From IMG/VR virus record IMGVR_UViG_3300018892_000001: 64,000 nucleotides of DNA; one strand, written 5' to 3'. This document shows positions 58,640-64,000 of this stretch, one piece after another; position 1 is the first letter of the stretch, and each line of letters opens with the position of its first letter. The notes under the pieces were generated by a model. The model saw only the letters and a list, made by a program, of their open reading frames with translations, searched no databases and had not been told where the DNA came from. A program made the translations under genes and the position numbers. The stretch comes from an uncultured virus (IMG/VR IMGVR_UViG_3300018892_000001). Taxonomy: Duplodnaviria; Heunggongvirae; Uroviricota; Caudoviricetes.

Positions 58640-58909
58640 CTACTTCTTCTTGGGTCTACCACGGAGAACCGTGACGGACGAATCCAGCTTCTTTTTCTCA
58701 GGGAGCTGCTGAATATCAAAAATAAGCGATCGCTCTTTTAATTTCTCATTGCCCTTAAATATTTGGTTTAACAGCACTTTATTAACCTCCCAGCCAACCC
58801 CATAGTGCATCCCATCACGAATAACGTGTTTAAGATCCTCCCATCCCAATGAGTGCATTCGATCTATTTCGGCTTTGCCTGAAACAGGGATAATGACAAT
58901 ATATTTCAT
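58640..58909 (-). CDS. Hypothetical protein
   Basis: 89 aa, divergent from terS. Confidence 0.55.
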   Translation of the reverse strand: MKYIVIIPVSGKAEIDRMHSLGWEDLKHVIRDGMHYGVGWEVNKVLLNQIFKGNEKLKERSLIFDIQQLPEKKKLDSSVTVLRGRPKKK

Positions 58910-58945
58910 TGAACTAACGGCTGAGGGGCAACTGGATAACGAACG

Positions 58946-59575
58946 ATGGCAAAGAAAAGGAAACGAACTAGCGGAGCGTCTGTTCCACCTCAGCCAGTTG
59001 GTAGACCGACGACACTAACCAAGGAGCTGCAAGACAAGATAGTCGCTGCTGTAGCAGAAGGCGACTATCTTAGTGTCGCCTGTGAGCTAGTCGGAGTGCC
59101 AGGAGCAACAGGAAGAAGCTGGAAACACCAAGGATCTGGGAAGAGGCACGATCGCCCTGCCAATGAAGAGTTTGCAGCTTTCGCAACGGCTGTAGAGAAA
59201 GCTAAGGCTGAAGCTGCACACGCAAGGGTTCAGCGAATAACAGAAGCGGCGCAAGGTCGGCGCATTATCCGCCAGAAGACTGTGACAAAAATTTCTCGTG
59301 ACGCTGAAGGAAACGAGGAAACGGAGACTATAACAGAAATTGTTGAAACGACCAATTACGACTGGAGAGCTGATGCGTGGATGCTGGAACACCAATACCC
59401 TGATCTATGGGGTTCACAGCGAATGTCAGAGCTTGAGGCATGGAAAGTGCTTATTGAAGCTGGACAAGTGCCAGATGAGGTTATCGACGCCATCTTAGTT
59501 GGAGAGGAGGAACGGCGATCGCGCATCCAAGCAGCTCTAAAGGAACCACAAGAATCGGGTTCTGAAGGTATGTGA
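58946..59575 (+). CDS. terS: Terminase small subunit-like protein
   Basis: GRPTTLTKELQDKIV..G.Y..ACELVGV HTH; FATAVEKAKA; DWRADAWMLE..P..WG. Confidence 0.75.
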   Translation: MAKKRKRTSGASVPPQPVGRPTTLTKELQDKIVAAVAEGDYLSVACELVGVPGATGRSWKHQGSGKRHDRPANEEFAAFATAVEKAKAEAAHARVQRITEAAQGRRIIRQKTVTKISRDAEGNEETETITEIVETTNYDWRADAWMLEHQYPDLWGSQRMSELEAWKVLIEAGQVPDEVIDAILVGEEERRSRIQAALKEPQESGSEGM

Positions 59576-59778
59576 TAAAATTGTGCAACTTTCTAATATA
59601 CCAATAGTTGTAGAGCGCGAATGTATTGGAAAATATAAGCTATGTCTAAAGAGTGAGGAATGCGTAACAATTGGTGTGGATTCACTTACACTTTACGTAG
59701 AAATACGGATGGCTCAAGGTGTCTACAGGAGTAGCGTTTATATAAGTACGTGATCTACTGAAGTCTAAAAGCTAATCA

Positions 59779-60204
59779 ATGTTTATCTATCCGAGTAGTT
59801 TGAATACCAGCCATTCAGAACACTGGCGGGTTCTGCGCCAGTTTATTCTAGGCGGCGAAGAAGTCTATCTCACAGAGATAGAAGGAGATAACACATCCGG
59901 ATATAGGTTCCAATATATTTCTAATAGTGCGAGTTATCTATCGCAGTATTACCCTACAAGAGAAGCGGCAGTTGAAGGGTTGAACATAGCTCTGCTGCGA
60001 TCGCTCGTCCATCGATCGCCTCACTCCCTTTTTGTGATTGATGGCACGGGGATTATCCTGTATCAATCCGAGAAAAATATTGGGCGATTTGGCTTAAAGC
60101 AGGGGAAAGATACTTGGGAGATTATTAAAACTAAAAAAACCTCTTGGATTGTCCAAGAGGTCTCTTTCAACCATTTATCTGTTTATCGAGAGGTAGATGG
60201 CTGA
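59779..60204 (+). CDS. Hypothetical protein
   Basis: 141-aa ORF. Confidence 0.5.
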   Translation: MFIYPSSLNTSHSEHWRVLRQFILGGEEVYLTEIEGDNTSGYRFQYISNSASYLSQYYPTREAAVEGLNIALLRSLVHRSPHSLFVIDGTGIILYQSEKNIGRFGLKQGKDTWEIIKTKKTSWIVQEVSFNHLSVYREVDG

Positions 60205-61130
60205 CTATTACGGCGCAAGTCGAGGAGAACACTCGTCCAGTCGCCCTTGTAAATAACGGGGTCTTTATTATCAAGGAATATTGGCTGGGAGTAATCTTCC
60301 CAGCCTTTTATTTTGATCAGGACGAATGATGAGGCAACATAGTCGTCTTTGGTTAAAGAGACGCCCCGGTCGCCTTCTAGAACAAGGTTTAAGTTTTCTC
60401 CAATCCGTCCTTGATATCCATTCTCCTGTGCTGCTGTCCGAGGCTGCGCTGGCCTGCCCAGTCGATTCAAGGACTGTTCTAACCAATTCTTAAATCGATA
60501 GAACTCATCAAAATTAAAATCCCCTACTTCCACTTCTTCTTGCTCTTTTGTCCTGCTTAATACGACAGATGGCGATGACACCGCCAGTCTATCACCGATT
60601 TCTGCTACTGAAGATAACAGTGCCGTTCGCCCCCCTGGAGAGAGATGGCTCAACCTTTCTTTGAGAAGCTCAATTTCTGCTAACTCAAGAAGGTTGCGTT
60701 GAGGTTGGTTGTAGTTTGTAAGGACTGGAGGGGCTGGGGGGAAGAGAGCTTCTTCAAGTTCCGAAGCCTTATAAGGGCGGTTTTTGGACTTGTTCCACCA
60801 AAATCCAATGCGTACCAAGGCTTTCATCATTTCCGGATCGAAGGTCCGGCGGGCGTAGGACTTGCCTGTTCCTATGTGGAAGAATCGGTTGAGTTGGTGG
60901 CGGCTGTATTGAATCTCTTCCTCTTCGAGGGCGGAATTGATCCAATCTGTTGCCTCAGAAATGTTGCAGCATAAATTTTCTAGAGAATCTTGTACGATCT
61001 CTTGGAATAATTCAGTGTTTAATGTCATCATTCTCCTTCCCTGCTCACGAGGGATATTCAATTTGTCGTTTACTTTCATTATACGCTCCAACGCAAGCGC
61101 CCAATTGTAGCATTTAACCGTTATTGGCAT
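60183..61130 (-). CDS. Hypothetical protein, possible regulator divergent from nrdJ
   Basis: 315-aa ORF; start uncertain. Confidence 0.6.
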   Translation of the reverse strand: MPITVKCYNWALALERIMKVNDKLNIPREQGRRMMTLNTELFQEIVQDSLENLCCNISEATDWINSALEEEEIQYSRHQLNRFFHIGTGKSYARRTFDPEMMKALVRIGFWWNKSKNRPYKASELEEALFPPAPPVLTNYNQPQRNLLELAEIELLKERLSHLSPGGRTALLSSVAEIGDRLAVSSPSVVLSRTKEQEEVEVGDFNFDEFYRFKNWLEQSLNRLGRPAQPRTAAQENGYQGRIGENLNLVLEGDRGVSLTKDDYVASSFVLIKIKGWEDYSQPIFLDNKDPVIYKGDWTSVLLDLRRNSQPSTSR

Positions 61131-61200
61131 TTGCAGCTTAATGCGACCGAATTCCGTAAATTATGTCCTACAATTCGGTTGAGTACTCTTCCGGAAAATT

Positions 61201-62442
61201 ATGACCACTACACGAAAGAAAGACGCTTTCCCCACAGGGACAGCTTTGCCTGTGTTTTATCGGACATATAGCCGTGGGGGAAAGGAGTCTTGGTGGGACG
61301 TTTGTATTCGTTGCGTGGAGGGACTTGTTACGCTATCGGCAGGACACCTAAAAAAAGAAGAGCGATCGCTTCTTCTTAATTACGCACGAGAAATCAAAGC
61401 CCTGCCTTCCGGTCGCTGGCTTTGGGTTGGCGGCAAGCCTTGGGTAGAAAACCCTAAGAATTTCTCTGGGGCATATAACTGCACGAGCATCAATGTTAAG
61501 GCTTATGAGGATCAGTCTCCTTGGGCAGCCTTTGGCTGGCTTATGGAATTAGGGATGATGGGATGCGGCACCGGTGCCGTACTAGAACCAAAATACATTG
61601 ACACTCTCCCACCTATTTGTAATATCCTCCAGACTAATATCCTGGGAGAGCCGGGGGAAGTTCACCCAAATGAGCGGCTAGAGGATACGGAATTTACTGT
61701 AAACCGAAACACGCTTTATATCCTGGTGGGGGATTCGCGGGAAGCGTGGGTGGCAGCATACCAAATTATGTTAGAAGCGGCTTCTAACCCTAACCTGGGG
61801 CGGGAGCTGTTTGTCAACATCTATTTGGGCAACGTGCGCCCCTATGGTGAACAGCTCCAAGGTTTTGGAGGGGTCGCTAATCCAGCCAAGTTGGGTTGGA
61901 TGTTTGGCGCGATCGCCGACGTTACTAATCAAGCGGTTGGGCGACAAATGAATTCTTTAGAATGCTGTATGGCGATCGATATTGCAGCAGAGAATACTGT
62001 TGCCGGAAATGTTCGACGTTCTGCTGGGATGCGGCAAGGGAAGTACGACGATCCTAATTTTGTTGATGCCAAACTGGGGTTATATCTCCAAGATGAGGCT
62101 GGGGATTGGTATTTACCTGATGCTAGAAAGTCGGTTTTGAGAATTGCTAATCACACCCGCGTCTTCCACCACAAACCTACCTTAGAAGAGATCCAGGAAG
62201 CTGTTGCCAAGCAGTATTTCTCTGGGGAAGGGGCAATTATGTGGGCGGGAGAGGCAGTATATCGGTGCAATCGCGACTTAATTAGTGAAGGCGATCGCTC
62301 GACATTCCTGTATCTCTATAATTTGGGCATAGAACGCGCCGAGGAGTTTTTAGCTGTTGCTTATCTTCGCTACCACGGTGTACCGTGTTCCGACGAGGAG
62401 CTGGAGCATCGAATGGAAAGATATGGGACAAATCCGTGTGGT
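61201..62442 (+). CDS. nrdJ: Class II (B12-dependent) ribonucleotide reductase, exon 1
   Basis: PVFYRTYSR, LPSGRWLWVGG, GAYNCTS, MMGCGTG, GDSREAW, VAGNVRRSAG, ends TNPCG. Confidence 0.95.
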
Positions 62443-63507
62443 AAATGATTTTGCCTCACGTTAAAAACCTGGCAAAATCGGTGAAGACTGAGATGTTAAC
62501 GCCGAGGTAATCAGAGGAATTAAAGAGCTTCTGACACCGTAGAGAGTAGAGATTGAACCTAATCCCATCAAGGATAAGACTAGAAAATCTCCACGAGTGC
62601 CGGGGCATAGAGCATGGGTCTATGCAAAACGTACTCCGAACTACATTTTTTGTGGTAGCCCTGATATGATTTTAATGCAAAATCTTGAGGAGCTAATCAA
62701 TGAAAAATGCGCCATACATGGATAAAGAACACCTCAGTTCATTGATAGCTTTAGGTATGACTGCTTCCGAGATAGGTAAACAATATGGTGTTCATAGAGG
62801 GACAATCGACTACTGGTGTAGTAAATTCTCTTTGACTATTTATAAGCAACATGGTCAAAAAAGGATTTATACGTTCGATGAAACTTTTTTCACTTGTATT
62901 GACTCAGAAGAAAAAGCATACATCTTGGGCTTCATTATGGCTGATGGATTTATTGAAAGCAGTGGCAGAGCGCTCACTATTACCCTAAACAAACGAGACG
63001 CTGATTTACTTGAGAAGATTAAACAGTGTCTTAAGGCAAATATACCGTTAGCTATCAAAGGAAAGGAAAAGCAGTTCAGGGCTTTAACATTCTGCTCCAA
63101 AAGAATTGTGGCAGATCTTGCACACTTTTCAATTGCAAGAAATAAAACAAAAACCTTGAAGTTCCCTGACTTAGCTAGCCGTCTATATTCCCATTTCTTG
63201 CGTGGCTATTTTGATGGAGATGGACATATAGGCTACCGACAATGTGCCTTAACTGTAGGAAGCGCGAGTTTTCTAGAGGGTTTGTTGAACTTTCTTTGGG
63301 AATCGCACGGTTTTAGACCGTGGATAGGGAATAGAACAACGTACTATCATTTACAATTCAATAAAAAACAGTCTCCATTTATCAACTGGCTGTACGCCGA
63401 CGCTAGGATTTACTTGGCTCGAAAGTATGAGAGGTTTGATACATATTGGCGCAGCGAACATGAAGCTGTAGAACTAGAGGATAAAGAGCCTTTAGGGTAA
63501 CAAAATG
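62443..63507 (+). mobile_element. Group I intron (1065 nt) in nrdJ
   Basis: P1 GGU^AAA/UUUGCC with U.G at the splice site; terminal G 63507; P10 AAUGAUUUU pairs with exon 2 GAAAUCAUU; splicing restores NPCG-EIIG. Confidence 0.93.
62700..63500 (+). CDS. Intron-encoded LAGLIDADG homing endonuclease with N-terminal HTH
   Basis: KAYILGFIMADG and HFLRGYFDGDG motifs. Confidence 0.92.
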   Translation: MKNAPYMDKEHLSSLIALGMTASEIGKQYGVHRGTIDYWCSKFSLTIYKQHGQKRIYTFDETFFTCIDSEEKAYILGFIMADGFIESSGRALTITLNKRDADLLEKIKQCLKANIPLAIKGKEKQFRALTFCSKRIVADLAHFSIARNKTKTLKFPDLASRLYSHFLRGYFDGDGHIGYRQCALTVGSASFLEGLLNFLWESHGFRPWIGNRTTYYHLQFNKKQSPFINWLYADARIYLARKYERFDTYWRSEHEAVELEDKEPLG

Positions 63508-64000
63508 GAAATCATTGGCTCCAATTTTCACTGCAACTTATCGGAGGTTCATCTCAATCAAATTGACCCGCACAACTTAAAAGAGCAGGAGGAGGCGTTT
63601 ACGGTAGGGGCATTAAGCGTGGCGATACTTCTGCAACACAAGTTCCCAAGTCCTGTCTACCAGCGATCGCGTGAATTAGATCCTATCGTTGGCGTTTCCT
63701 GTACCGGGATGTTCGACTTTTTCGTTAAGCGTTTTGGGTATCGCTGGCTGGAGTGGTGGGAAGCTGGGCGACCAAGACAGTGGGGCAATGAAGTTATGTC
63801 ACCGTCTCCTGGAGAAAATTTCAGTCAATCAACAGTCAATGAATTTGAACATGAATCTGAGTACTTTATTGCTTATGAATCTTGGTATCTAAATTGGTGG
63901 CGAGGGATTGTTGAAACTAAGGTGTGGGAGTATTGCGATCGCAGTAATCTTAAGCGCCCAAATCGCTGCACAACTCTCCAACCTAGTGGGACAAAATCTC
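63508..64000 (+). CDS. nrdJ: nrdJ exon 2 (runs off the window)
   Basis: EIIGSNFHCNLSEVHLNQIDP...SRELDPIVGVS...KRPNRCTTLQPSGTKS, open frame. Confidence 0.95.

Larger units (their letters stand above)
8712..58674. repeat. Dispersed 16-bp palindrome TCACGG-AGAA-CCGTGA (9 copies)
   Basis: Copies start at 8712, 15000, 22728, 30150, 32691, 41595, 45442, 57880, 58659. Confidence 0.95.

Noticed and set aside
8712..58674. 16-bp repeat or 11-bp arrays as a CRISPR array
   Set aside because: No regular repeat-spacer periodicity and no cas genes in the window.
61201..63500. nrdJ as a truncated pseudogene or intein-containing gene
   Set aside because: The stop after NPCGK and the out-of-frame endonuclease are explained by a group I intron; no intein Cys/His-Asn ends.
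63689..63892. 67-aa ORF near the window end
   Set aside because: Out-of-frame overlap with nrdJ exon 2.

Overview
A 64-kb segment of a large, probably temperate or plasmid-like, tailed phage of a cyanobacterium. The host is inferred from dozens of HIP1 GCGATCGC sites and a cyanobacterial-type nrdJ. The window opens inside an enormous tape-measure gene (>6,890 aa, 5' end outside the window). Four tandem paralogues follow it directly, each with a conserved ~50-aa N-terminal leader, a central hydrophobic segment and an unrelated C-terminus (one alpha/beta-hydrolase-like, one GNAT-like with a small acidic overlapping partner); this is a candidate polymorphic virion-delivered effector array. Other virion and packaging genes (tube/baseplate-like protein, GH19+NlpC/P60-like tail lysin, tail fibre, TerL, TerS) are scattered among small accessory genes (DUF932, DUF6527-like, iron permease, two Gp49-family proteins, RNA ligase, CoiA-like nucleases, HNH). 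An AT-rich, HIP1-free island carries a rolling-circle Rep, an RHH protein and a YoeB toxin with a YefM-tailed partner, next to a degenerate tRNA. nrdJ is split at its catalytic NPCG|E motif by a group I intron encoding a LAGLIDADG endonuclease. Non-coding signals include a 16-bp palindrome TCACGG-AGAA-CCGTGA dispersed nine times (parS-like), four arrays of phased 11-bp repeats, and a shared TGTGATAACA / AAGCAAAA..ATG promoter-leader signature. All family calls come from motifs recognised by eye; no database search was run.
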